Shown: positions 50,561 through 62,273 of the stretch, one piece after another
How the letters are laid out: every line of letters begins with the position of its first letter
Numbering within the stretch: position 1 is the stretch's first letter
DNA from: Carcharhinus longimanus
Taxonomy: Eukaryota
Length of the DNA stretch: 64,000 nucleotides
Reading direction: 5' to 3'
Assembly: GCA_030264375.1 (NCBI GenBank)
Contig: JASCQW010000099.1
Span: forward strand, 16,231,364 to 16,295,363
Notes under the pieces: generated by a model
What the model saw: the letters and a program-made list of their open reading frames with translations, nothing else
Told to the model about the DNA's origin: nothing
The model's database searches: none
Program-made: the position numbers and the translations under genes

Positions 50561-53369
50561 AGATAATTCTAACCCCAACATCTCGGCTGCAGATTCTTGC
50601 ACCAACAATGATTCTCACCAGCCAACTGGGCTTGGGTCGCAGCAGTGTTGTGTTTACGTTCATTGGTTGTGCAAGTTCAAATTTACACTGTCTCTTAGCA
50701 GTTTGAGAATATGAATTTTAAAATGCGGAAATAAAAGTGGTATCAATAAAAGTGACCATGAACTGTCAGACTACTGTTAAAAACCCAATGTGTTCACTCA
50801 TGTTTTTAGGGAAGAAAGCCTGTTGTCCTGGTCTGGTTTATATGCAAGTCAGTCAGTGCCAGAAAAGGATTGGTTAATACGTCTTTTCCATTTTCAGAAA
50901 TGCAAAACTGCTCTGCTGGCCTTGCCATTTCTTATCTTTATTATTTATTTAACAGCAATAGCTCCAGTAAGAGTCAACGCATCATGAACCAGTACACTTA
51001 ACAGAAATGACAATGTCAGGGACACCAACCTCTATTGAATCTTAATAGATTTGAGCGTACAAGTATAACACAGCAACACACATCATTTGTGATCAGAGAT
51101 GCACTATTGTCTCTGCAGTTACACACAGACAAACACATCTTAATTCAGCACTAATCGTAAACTGTATGCAATGCAACATATTCCAATATAGCTGTAACAT
51201 TGTACATACATGTATTACACATGAGACGTTAAGCCAAGATTCCATGGCATTATTTCTCCCATTTCCTGGTTACCACCCCTAAAAAAAGATTCAGCTGCTT
51301 ATCTTCTCACGCGCAACCCTGGTGCGCTCAAACTAGCTGTCTATATAACAGTGACTTCAGATCATAAGCATCTTTGATTCGCTGCAAATATCTTGGAACA
51401 TCCTGAAGGTATGAATTGCGCTGTACAAATCTAAAATCTTTTATTACCTGTATTTCGCTAGTGTTAAGCTGTAATACATGAAGACAATGAAAAGCATAAC
51501 AGATTAATATGCAAGAGGGGATTAGAATGTGGATCTGTTATGTTACAAGATAAAACAAAAATGCAGATGATCAGGAAAAGAACAACAAAAAGACTAGCAA
51601 GTGGAACGTAACAATAAAAAGATGATTCACACTTAGGAATCTCCTACTGGACTATTCAGTATATCAGAAAATAAGCTATTTTAAAATTAATAAGTGCCTT
51701 GTCCAAATAACTTCTATTTTTGAGTCTTTCAGACAATACACTAAATTGGGCCCAAACACACACTTCATGAGAATGGATAAAATTCCACAACACTGAGGAA
51801 AATTTGGAAGTTCTCCTCGATGTTATGTTCCAATATGTATCCCTCAACCAACATCACTAGAACAGTTCAACTGGTCATTATTGCATCATTGTTTGTGGGA
51901 TGCTGCGGTGCACTAAATGGTTGCTACATTTTCTACACGGTAACATAACTATAAAGCACTTTGAGACTTCTGTAAAAGTGCAGGTCCTCTTTCCTTAAGG
52001 CATCAGGACGTGACAAATCTCTAACTACATTCACTCCCATATTTCTTGGGGGCATCAACTCCTTTGCTGATAAGGGTCCTGCAAGTACATTCCTTCTCTG
52101 GAGAAACGGGGAATGAAATTAGTATCAATTGCATTTCATTGGAACGTAAAGTGTTCCATGGATGAAAATGCTTTTGACAAGGTGTTGCCAATGAAAAAGC
52201 ATAAGAGAAAATTCCTATACTAATGGGACTACTAAACACAAGCCAACAAATCAAGCATTAGGGATTTAGCACCACTGTATTGTAACAAAGAAAGGCAGTT
52301 GGCAAAAGACTAGAGGGTGAACAATAGGTAACTAGAAAAGCAGAATACTGCAGATGCCAGCAACAACTGGCACTGATATGAGAGGATTTAGAAAAATGGA
52401 ACTGGGCCAAGATCTCTTCAATATACTGAAGTAAAATCCAATGCAACATGATAATTGGGACCCAAGACAAATCTAAATTCTTAAGATATTCGAATATTTC
52501 AGAATCTTGTTCAATATTCCTTCTTCCCTTTTCAACTGGTTCACAAACATTGCTCCCTATTTCATTCTCTTTTATCAAGATAAGAATTCATCAATTCTCA
52601 TCATTACCCGCTAGCTTTGGTTCATAAAGGATTCTCTCCTTAGGTACTTTATCAAAGGCTTTGGGAATCTGGGTAAACTACAAAATGTAGTCTTTTCTTT
52701 GTTGTCGTTGAGCCTTTCCTATTATGTTTGTATTTTATCAACTCAAAAAATCCTTCAACTTACAAAACTTAAAAAATGTCCTTAGACAGTTATTTTGTAG
52801 AACTATTACAGAAAAATTATAAATACCCTAAAACAAAAATGATCTACGATCCCTGCCAAAAAGAAAGTTGGCACTCAGTGCAGGCCAGCATTGTGGCAAC
52901 AGCAGTCTCGTCGATTTAAGCTTAATCCAGTTACACTTCAGACAATCCCAAGGTTTCCCAGGACTAACTAGGCCACAATTACATTAATTACCTCTGTCCC
53001 TCTCAGCTGATGATGGGACAGAAGTTGAATGTGGGCAACAGAAGAAAGTGAGGTTATTCCATGAGGAAGGCAACCATCATGACTGTTGGCAATTGCATCA
53101 AATTCAAAACCCACAAGGACACAGATATGCAACATGGATGGAGCACATTATTAAGAAAACAAAAATGTTTTGGAACTGGGGATCTGATCATGCAGACAAG
53201 AACATTCTGTTGCAACAAGCCCAAAGGGTTGTTGATTAAAGTAAGGAAAAGCTGACCAAAGGAAAATAGTCATGACAACGTTAGTTTAAAACTTGACAGT
53301 GCATTAATAAGGCAACACCTGGACACCATTACTAAAGCAAAAGGCTGTGGAAATTGGAACCCTTCCAAT

Positions 53370-54172
53370 CCCCTTCTAAAGGGACCCTATGCGATACCCT
53401 GCTCCAATCCTCCATCATCCCCAACAACAAACTAACCTACAGTGTTTTTCTTTCAAGCGCAGGAGGTACAACATTTGCCCCTCTGGTCTCTTCCCCTCCT
53501 GCAAGGTCCCAAAATACTCCTTCCATGTGCAACACATATCAACTTGTGCTTCATCCAATTTATTCTATTGTTTTCAAAGCTGACCACATGGTCTCTTCTA
53601 CACTGGGAAGACCAAATGCACACAAGGTTACATTTATAGAACACCTCAGTACAGTTGGCAAACACGATCCCAAACTTCTGATCATTTTAATTCCCCAGCT
53701 TCCTGCCACTCTGATCTGGCTGTCCTTGGAGCCCTGCAGTGTTCTGACGAAGCTCAATGCAAGTTGGAGAATTTTTTCATGTCTGGGCACTTTACAGCTT
53801 ACTAGACTCACTGTGTTCAACAATTTTAGTTCATAACCTCTGACCTCTTTCAGTTTTTTCCCACTACTTTCCCCTCTTCCTTCTCTTGACATTCATTCCT
53901 CCAGGCATATCTTTGTTTCCTTACTTGCCTCATTACCACTCCCATTAGCCACGCATCATGAATCCCACTGCCATTTGTCCTCCATCCCATCACATATCTA
54001 CCTTTAACTTTTTTCACCCACCCTTCCTTCATTCACCTGCTCAAAATCGATCACATTTCTAAATTTTCCCAGTTCTGATGAAATTTCACAAACCTCAAAC
54101 TTAACCTTTGTTTCCCTCTCCACAGGCGATGTCAGACTTGCTGAATAGTTCCAGCATTTTCTATTTTTATTA
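53370..54172 (+). mobile_element. Decayed Penelope-like element 3' end (GIY-YIG endonuclease remnant plus pLTR)
   Basis: RRRYNICP...PKYSFHVQHISTCASSNLFYCF...GLFYTGKT matches the PLE GIY-YIG pattern. A pyrimidine-rich UTR and a degenerate CTGATGA...CAAAC motif follow near 54074. Confidence 0.75.
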
Positions 54173-55249
54173 CAGTTGGGTACCATTGACAGACAGAAGA
54201 CAAGAATGGGTCAGACAACCATGGATGCAATAGCTGCACCAATATTTCTGACCAGAATGGGGATCAGTACTTAATTCCTACATTAGTGCTGTAAGTGACT
54301 GGAATTGATTTTAAGCATGTCCATGCTCCATTCACTTCATTTTGCGGGAGATACACCTTGCTTTTATTAGAAGAAGTTGCTGCAGTTTTGACTACAAATT
54401 CTGTTTGCTGAAGTTTAGGAGAGGCTCTCTTTGAATTGAGTCTGTAAATAGACTGTTTGCTTTGCTGCGACATACACAACTTTGCTGTCGTTCCAGTGCC
54501 CACCCTTAACTCATTGGCTGACATTGTACTACCAATAGAACATTTCACTCACCACCTACTTTTTTCTAACTGCTAAAAGAGATAGTCTTTTGCTAAATAA
54601 ATCTGACAAAATTGATCCAGAATAAATAACTGGAATCTGAAGCATTATTTGAATTGTTTTGTTGTACAGAATTCTGTAGGAAAATAGTATGCAAACACTA
54701 ACTTTTAAGAATTACAGAAAGCAGATGACAGATAAATCTTAATTAGGTTTTATTGTAATTCAGAATGAGTATTAACTGGGCGCAAAACGTTGGACAAAAA
54801 CTGTCCTCCTCCTGTCACTGTTGTGCTAATTGCTTTGTCAGGATATCTTAGAGATTCAAACTTTCTCTGGTGGCTTACAGAGGGGATCGCAACAGAACCA
54901 CTGTCTCAGGATTGATCCAGAATGTCTGTTGTACCATGGTCATTCAGATTGGATTATTCTTCTATTTGAGGGCAAACTACCATGAATTTATTTTAGGATG
55001 AAACGTAAAACTGGGATTCCACTGTTTACTTTCATATTACTCCTCAGCTACACACCATTAAAATGTTGGGTGACGAGATATCATTTAAAATGATTTAGGT
55101 GTGCAGCACTAGATTCTGTCCATCAACAAACCACTTTCACGACTATCCACTGCTGCTCCTTGCATCCTTTTGTGCAAATACAAACACCACATTTTCAATT
55201 AATCTATTCCCTGAAAACAAAAATCCCATAAACTCATTGACACACTTAC

Positions 55250-55312
55250 CTGATGTGGGAGATTTGCAGCGGTCATCTAGAGTTGTAGAACCCTCATTGA
55301 TATCACAGAGAC
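55250..55312 (-). CDS. STXBP5: STXBP5 exon, 63 nt: GLCDINEGSTTLDDRCKSPTS
   Basis: Acceptor CTTTCTTTGTCAG, donor GTAAGT, phase 1-1; matches tomosyn-1 GLCDISEG...EDRCKSPTS. Confidence 0.93.
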
Positions 55313-56663
55313 CTGACAAAGAAAGTCAACATGTTACCACAAAGAACACAATGATAAGGGGGTTAAGTTTGCATTTGTTGAACTCCATTAATGCAGAAGA
55401 ACATCTCAAGTCACTTCAGAGCCAAAACAGGCAAAAATGGACAGAAATAATTGCTCAAGAAAATAAAGTTACTCTGGAAAGCATTTGGGTCACAAAGGAT
55501 CACAATTTCATCACAGTGCTATGGGAATAAATGGGATGCCCGAGCAGCATAATGTCAATGTTTGTGGAACATCTCATCTTGAGATGGAGAACAGGTCAGA
55601 GAAACCAGAGGGGATTCATAAGCCTATTACAATCAATCAGAAAAGACTTCCCTTTTTGTTTTGCTCCACTGCAGCAAAATTTTGGAAGCCCTCAAATGAA
55701 ATATTTTAGCTTTTTTTGATTCTTAAACCTGCCTAATGGACTGGGAGAACATTGCTGCATGACTGTACTTGAGGAGGAAACATTGGTGAGATTCTTACTG
55801 CACATAGAAAGTATATCAAAATCCAGTTTCTTCTATTCAAGTCCATTCTTCCTGAACATTAATACAGCCAGAGTCCATCCCTCTGCTACATTAATTCTCA
55901 CGTCAATCTATTCTTATGATAAATTCTCACATTGGAATGCATTCATCTAGTATGTTGTGTCTTCAATCAAAGCCAAGCTTCTTTGCTACACTAATTATGC
56001 CATCAAAGCACATCATTCTGCGTAGTAATTCATCTAAAAACCCACCTCTCTCATGCAGTACTCATCCTACTGAAGCCCCTCCCACCAGGACATTTAATTC
56101 CCAAAATCCTTATCTCATGATGGCAGTCCAAGATAATTTTCAATCATTCTAAAGTAGAATCTGTATTCTATTTGCCCGACGATACATTTCACCCCGGAGC
56201 CAGATCATAAATGAAAACGTACATTTATCCAGGCATCGCACAAAGCCACATGGCAGACAAGTGCAGGGATCTTGTAACTGAACAGCTAGTATCTCCCTGC
56301 CCTTCGATGAACTTTGGTTGAACTCCCAAAAATCTCCTTGTAAATTTCAATTCAGTGAACTACATCATACTGAATATTCAGATTTAGACTCCTATTTCTG
56401 TTTCTAGTGGGACCTGCTAATCTACGGTACCGGTTACACGCCAGGGCAATACAGTGAAAGTCTATCCTCATGTGTCAACGAACATTGTAAAGCAATGTTG
56501 GAATTTACAGAACAAAAATGTATTTTCAGAACACTTCCAAAATATAGCATGATGCATGTCCACCCTATCTGACAAAACAGTGCATGTTCCTCAACTTGTA
56601 TCTCATGTTTTTTGCTGCATGAATTCCTGAATCTCAACAGGCAGAACCTACCAACGATAAGTT

Positions 56664-56791
56664 ATGATGTGGCAATGCCAGTGTTGGACTGGGATGGGCA
56701 CAGTAAGAAGTCTCACATCAGGTTAAAGTGCAAGAGGTTTAGAAAAAGAAACCTCTTGCACTTTAACCTGGTGTTCAGAGACTTCTTACTG
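56664..56791. mobile_element. Miniature foldback derivative of the Penelope pLTR family seen at 43512
   Basis: Starts ATGATGTGGCAATGCCAGTGTTGGACTGGG like 43512; about 40-bp inverted arms; flanked by an AACGATAA direct repeat. Confidence 0.75.
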
Positions 56792-57507
56792 AACGATAAA
56801 CTTACTTCTAGGCTTCTTGAACAATTCACAAAGCTTGTGTTCGAAGTGACCATGATTTAAAAAAAGACATACTAAATCCAGCTACTTAGAACAGACGACC
56901 ATGATCAGCGAAGAAAACAGAATGTTTAGTCAGGGTCCAAAGACTGAATCAGGAGAAAACAGCAAAGAAGCCTAGTTTCTTCAATCTTGAAAGGAGTCCA
57001 GGATGGATGCCTCAGAGGCAAACCAAACTAAAATAGATGTTATCATTAAAATACTATCTCCTCCAGTGGTCTAATGACATGCAACCCTCTGCTGCCAGCA
57101 AACACTTGGGCTGGACTGATCATTAAATTTTTGCTGATCTGTCTGTTTTATGAGGCCAACATAGGAGTTGTCATCACTTGGTTGACAATATAAGAGACAG
57201 CGAATGTTGATTCTCCTGCCAAGTGGAATATTCTCCAATGAAGCTTCAGCTTCCTATCTTAAATAAAACTGCTCAACCTATTTAACACAAGCACCCTCTT
57301 ATAGAGCAGCTATTGAAACAAAGTCACTCAACAGCAGTTCCAAGCATTATGCAACCAAAGCGTGCAGCTGTAGTAGACTATTTTTAATTGTTTATGTGCA
57401 AAGATAAAAGGGACCCATTGAGAATGATTTCAATAGCTGATGCGACGTATAGTAACTTCAAAATCCAAACATAAGACAGAAGTTTGTATCAGCGTGAGAT
57501 GACTTAC

Positions 57508-57591
57508 TTAGATATGAAGAACGTAGTCTTTTCACAGACTCAGAATATAAACTAGAAAGACCACACATGCAAGAAGTCACCGTCAGCATGC
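57508..57591 (-). CDS. STXBP5: Probable alternative STXBP5 cassette exon, 84 nt: GMLTVTSCMCGLSSLYSESVKRLRSSYL, resembling an STXBP5L exon
   Basis: Acceptor TGCTTTTTTTTCTACTGCGTCCTAAG, donor GTAAGT, phase 1-1, no stop codon. Similar to the recalled STXBP5L segment FCMRGLSNFYPDLTKRIRTSYQS at the equivalent position. Confidence 0.8.
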
Positions 57592-58799
57592 CTTAGGACG
57601 CAGTAGAAAAAAAAGCACAACACCAAAATAATAATTTGGCTGTAATAACCTGCAGAACAAAACTTAGAACACAGCAACAGATAATGCAATCTGCATAAAG
57701 ACAGAAAATTAAAATCAGAAATCACTGGGGCTATTTCCACATGACTTTTTCATGACCCCAAAATAATATTCACGATATGTAGGAAAATCACATGCTAAAG
57801 TAGAGTTCAAGCCATGAAGAATGCAGGATATTAAAAGAAAAAACCTTTTGGTTCCATAAGCTGTATTAACCTTCTCATCAGTCAGCTGACATGTATTTAA
57901 TGTGTGTGTTAAAAGTTACTGGAAAATTTCAAGTTACTGAATTATAAAAGATGGAGATAAAATGGAATTAACAACTTGTGAAGAGGAGCTCAGTGCAGTA
58001 GGTAGGTCGGTCATCTTGCAAAATGGCTGTTTTGAAAATGCTCTGAGTGAACAGTGAGTGGGATTGCTCCCAAGGATGGTGGACATGGACTGAATGGCCT
58101 CCACTTCTGTTCTGCAGATTTCTAGGGTCTATGTTGAGAAGCAAGGCTGTTCCAAAGCTAGAAGTAGAAAATGACAATCCTGACAATTATGTTAAGTAGA
58201 AGCTGAGTCTGGGTAACATGACACGGAAGCAGCAGATACAGAGAATATGTAAAATTATGTCCTTCCTCACAGCTGGTCAAAAGTGTCCTTCTCATAGTTT
58301 TGTGTTCTCTTGCTGGAATACCCCGATCTATTTTCAGGTATGCTTTAAGGTTAGCTAATTTTTTACACTTCAACTAGATAATCTCCTTTTGAAGGCTAAA
58401 AGCACTCCAGGATCCCCTGTCCTTCCTCTGACACTGAGGATCACCCTCCTGTCTCTTCTCTGCAATGCTTCCCTGGCTCAAATATTTCTCTCTCTTGTTG
58501 ACCCAGAGTGAACTCAGTACTTGAGATCTGTCCATAATCAGGAACTGTTCAATCTTAGAACCATATAGTCTCCTTGCATTCACTGAAGGAGTGATACAAT
58601 TCAGCACTTCACTCATTGTGGAGGAGCAATGAATGCAGTGATGGTAAATGTTAATCTATGAGCAGTTACACATTTTTTTCTGTTTCAGCTTTAGTTGTTT
58701 CTTTTGTATCATATAAGCACAGGGGGTCACTCCTGTGTTGCCTCTATAAAGAGCTATCCAAGTAGTCTCATCTCTGGTGCCTTTTCAAGTTAATACTAC

Positions 58800-58945
58800 T
58801 CAGCATACATCTTTGGATTGTGGGAGGAAACCGGAAACCCATGCTGACACAAGGAAAATGTGCAAACTCCAAACAGACAGTGACCCAAGCTGGGAATCAA
58901 ACCCAGGTCCCTTGCGCCAGGAGGCTAACCACTGTGCCACCCTGC
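58800..58945 (-). mobile_element. V-SINE head and core fragment
   Basis: GGTGGCACAGTGGTTAG...GGGTTTGATTCCCAGCTTGGGTCACTGTCTG on the minus strand. Confidence 0.8.
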
Positions 58946-59670
58946 TGTCCCAAAACTTGACTGACTGTCCTTAACATCTGCAAATTTGACTGTTTTTGCT
59001 TGTCAGAATAAGACAGCAAAAAGGTCACTTGACCCACAGATATTGCGTCATTCTCCACTTTTCCTTATTCCAGGCCTCACAAGCCTACTCTACTATTCAA
59101 TAATGACTGACCTGAATGTGGTCTTAATACCCCACCACCACCTTCTCATTATCCTCGGACTCCCTTATAGATCCAAATCTTTAGGATCAAAATCTTAGAA
59201 GCTCCAGCACCAATTCCTGAGCTATCTCATTTAGCTCCTATTGCTCGACTAACAAGTTCACACAGTCTGCTTTCCTTCTGTCAATTTCTTACCCAGATCA
59301 ATTTGTTCTAATTTCAGTGAGACACTTTAGTGAGAAGCCTTGTAACATTTGCATTCTGCTTGCAGAACACTTTTTATTTAATTCTATCCCAAGTAAATAA
59401 TAAAAAGCAATTCATTCAATGAACTCAGGCCGATGATGATGCTCCCTTCAAAAGGGAACCTTTCCATCACATCAGTGGCGGTTGTTGCTCAGCTCTTTAT
59501 GCTGCCTTACAGAACCTGGACACGAGCAAATAGCTCACTGCACTGGGCTTCTGCCTAATTAACGCTTCCACACTACAGATTCCTTCTTACATAGTGCCCA
59601 AGTTGGTTGAGCACATCAAATCTATTTTAACTCCAGAAGGTGTTACAAAAGTAGAAGCATCAGTGCTTAC

Positions 59671-59822
59671 CTCCCGAGGCTTGTCGTGTTTTACGTGGGG
59701 ACTTTGGTTGTCTCTGGTAAGGGTCGTTCGACCCATACAGTTCAATTGTGCCCAGGTTTAGCAGCACAGTTTTCTGAATGTAATCTACCATTGCAATGCC
59801 ATTGCAGTTTCCAAACACCAAA
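59671..59822 (-). CDS. STXBP5: STXBP5 exon, 152 nt: LVFGNCNGIAMVDYIQKTVLLNLGTIELYGSNDPYQRQPKSPRKTRQASG
   Basis: Not in the ORF track; translated by hand. Acceptor TTTTTCTCTTTAG, donor GTAAGC, phase 2-1. Confidence 0.95.
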
Positions 59823-62147
59823 CTAAAGAGAAAAATGCATTATATTAAAGAACATCTTCAGTCCAACAATAAATCCCAAACACTCAAACCTACATCTTTT
59901 CTTGAAAATCCAGTGCTTTAAGCGAATGCATGCCTATAAACCAGAAGTTGATTAGAAAGGACAATGGAATTAATTCTAATAACTCACATCAACAGCATAT
60001 CCCTTGTTCTAACATTACCATTAAGCTAGTGGACCAAATCTACTTCAATAGGAGTGCAGAAGAGCATTCCAGGAGCACCATTAGGCACTCTTAAAAATGA
60101 GGTGTCAAACTGGAGAAGTTATGATAGAAGTGATCCCACAACCAGTGGATCACATTAAAACTCTGCACTCCTGCCATGTCCCGTTCTGAATGATGGGGGA
60201 CAATCAAATAACAGATGGAAGGCAATCAAACAACAAATGGAAGGAGCTGACCAATGAATATCCCCATCCTCAACCTAGAATAACGGAAGCCAGTAGGAAT
60301 ATGGGCAAATCCTATCCATCTCGCCAATTGGTGTTTTTTCTGACATACTTTTAGGTGGTTTGGCTGTCAATCCAAAAAAATCAGTAGTGTTATTTGGGGA
60401 GATTTTTGTGTGTGTCTTTATTCAGATACACTGGATTTCTGGAGTACAGCAAGTGGGTCAGAATGCTCACCTCAAAGGCTCGCTAAGGCATAGATCCAGG
60501 ATAAATCCCCCAATTAAATCTGTGTAATAACAGGCTGCATGTATATAACAGTTCATGCAACAAAATACGCCAAGAGGTTTTCAAAACATCAACTTATTTA
60601 ATGACTTTCATAAAAATGATTAATGAAAACTTGATTCCAAGCCACAAAATACAATTTCAGGAGTTGGCCTATTGCATGGTTAAAAAAGATAGATTTTTGA
60701 GGAGTGTCTTAAGAGTGCACAGTAAAGACACATATGACTAGAAAGTTAACGTAGCAATTAGGTCACAGATCATTGAATGATGGAACTGACTCAATATGAT
60801 AAACAGCATACCTGTTCTTTTATGTTCTTAGAGATTTAGGGAGAGCACTGAAATCCTTAAGTATAAATTCTGTGGCTCAAACAGCAGGTTAGGTGCTGGG
60901 GATTCAGTGGCGAGTAACTCATCTGTACTCCCCAAAACCTGCCACCATCTACAAGGCACGAGTCTGGAATGTGATAGAATGCTCTCCACTTCCTAGATGA
61001 GTGTGGCTTCAACAACACAAGTTAAATACCAACCAGGACAAAACAGCCCAGCAGCCTCCATCTACCAGCTTAAACATTAATTCAGTGCACCATTGGCATA
61101 CAGTGGCAGTAGTGTGCACATCTACAAGATGCACAACTTGCAACAGCTCCTAAGGCAGCACCTTCTGCCAATCTCAACGGCAGGCAAGGACAAGGGAAAG
61201 AGATGCATGAGATCATCACCTGAAAATCTTACCCCTCCAGCCTACCCCAAGCCATTTACATGCATCTGCACTGGATGGACTATGTCAGGTGATTCACCTC
61301 TACCATCTCAAGGGAAATTAGGGATGGGCAACAAATGTTGGCCTTGCCAGTAATGCTCGTATCCCAGAAATGAATAAAGAATACATGCAATGTCATGGAG
61401 GTAAAAGTAGGCGTTGCTGATGGCACGGGTATGGAGTTAGACACTAAACTCAGCGTCAATTAGGACAAAGTTACCAATCATTTGGTTCAGCCTCAAACAC
61501 AGAACGCAGAGGGATGGAGTCAGTGGCTAGTAAACCAAGATTACAGCAGGGACCAAAGGCAATGGCTTCAGTCCTCTCAGTATTTAAGTGGAGGAAATTT
61601 CTGCCCATTGCTTGTCTGACATCCAGTTATACAGTGACAAATTAGCAACAGCAGAGGGGTTGAGAGAACTGGTGGTGAGGTCAAACCGGATATAGTCATT
61701 GTACATGTGGAATCTGGCATTGTTTTTGTATGCTGAAGCAGCGTGAAGGTGAGAAATAGAGGGGGGCACGGATAGATTCTTGGGGTCTCTAGACCCCAAC
61801 GATGCAGGAGAGAAATTAAGAGAAAGTTTTGAAGGTATAGACAGAGGGGTGAAAAAGAGTGTACACAATACCAGAATAAGGTGAGTGAAAGCTGTCACTG
61901 AGGATGAAGACAACAGGTTTCATGACAGGGTACGGTGAACACAGTCCCTGGTAGAAATTTGCCATTAGGAAACCAAGAAGAAAGTAGATGTGGAAAACGA
62001 AGTTAATTTGAGGTCTCAAGGCAGGAAATCTACTCAGGAGTGCTGTAATACATCACATTTTAACCACTAGAATTTATGATGAGAATGCTAGAACATATTT
62101 TGTGCAAGGTGATCAAGAGATTTAATGACAGCAAGGCTGATACTCAC

Positions 62148-62273
62148 AGACCATATGAAGAATTCACCGCCAGGCTGCTTATCTGCTGTGGAGGTTCACC
62201 ATTAACCCATACTAGTTGAATCACTACTTCAGCCTGATAGCCTGCCCCTTGTTTTAATGGAGTACTTTTAATT
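62148..62273 (-). CDS. STXBP5: STXBP5 exon, 126 nt: IKSTPLKQGAGYQAEVVIQLVWVNGEPPQQISSLAVNSSYGL
   Basis: Acceptor TTTCCTTCTCCAG, donor GTGAGT, phase 2-2; close match to the tomosyn WD40 region. Confidence 0.95.

Larger units (their letters stand above)
6690..62273 (-). other. STXBP5: STXBP5 (tomosyn-1) transcription unit, 3' portion; upstream exons lie beyond position 64000
   Basis: Twelve GT-AG exons join in one frame into a protein matching the tomosyn-1 C-terminal half. GLCDI...RCKSPTS, KMSRKLSLPTELKPDL and GTILRLKGAILRMAFLDTTG are tomosyn-1 type rather than STXBP5L type. The 3' end is inferred from an ATTAAA signal. Confidence 0.93.

Noticed and set aside
54264-54548. 94-aa minus-strand ORF inside the intron
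   Set aside because: No recognisable homology and no splice sites compatible with the STXBP5 frame.
54553-54572. Possible 20/17-nt exon (TTTTAG CAG ... GTGAGT) with an in-frame TAG
   Set aside because: Short pyrimidine tract, no homology support, consistent with a chance pseudo-exon.
9363-62273. Assignment as STXBP5L rather than STXBP5
   Set aside because: Despite a few STXBP5L-like residues (DVNYLPLTDMR, ARIAL) and the 84-nt exon, the diagnostic hypervariable and WD40 segments match tomosyn-1.
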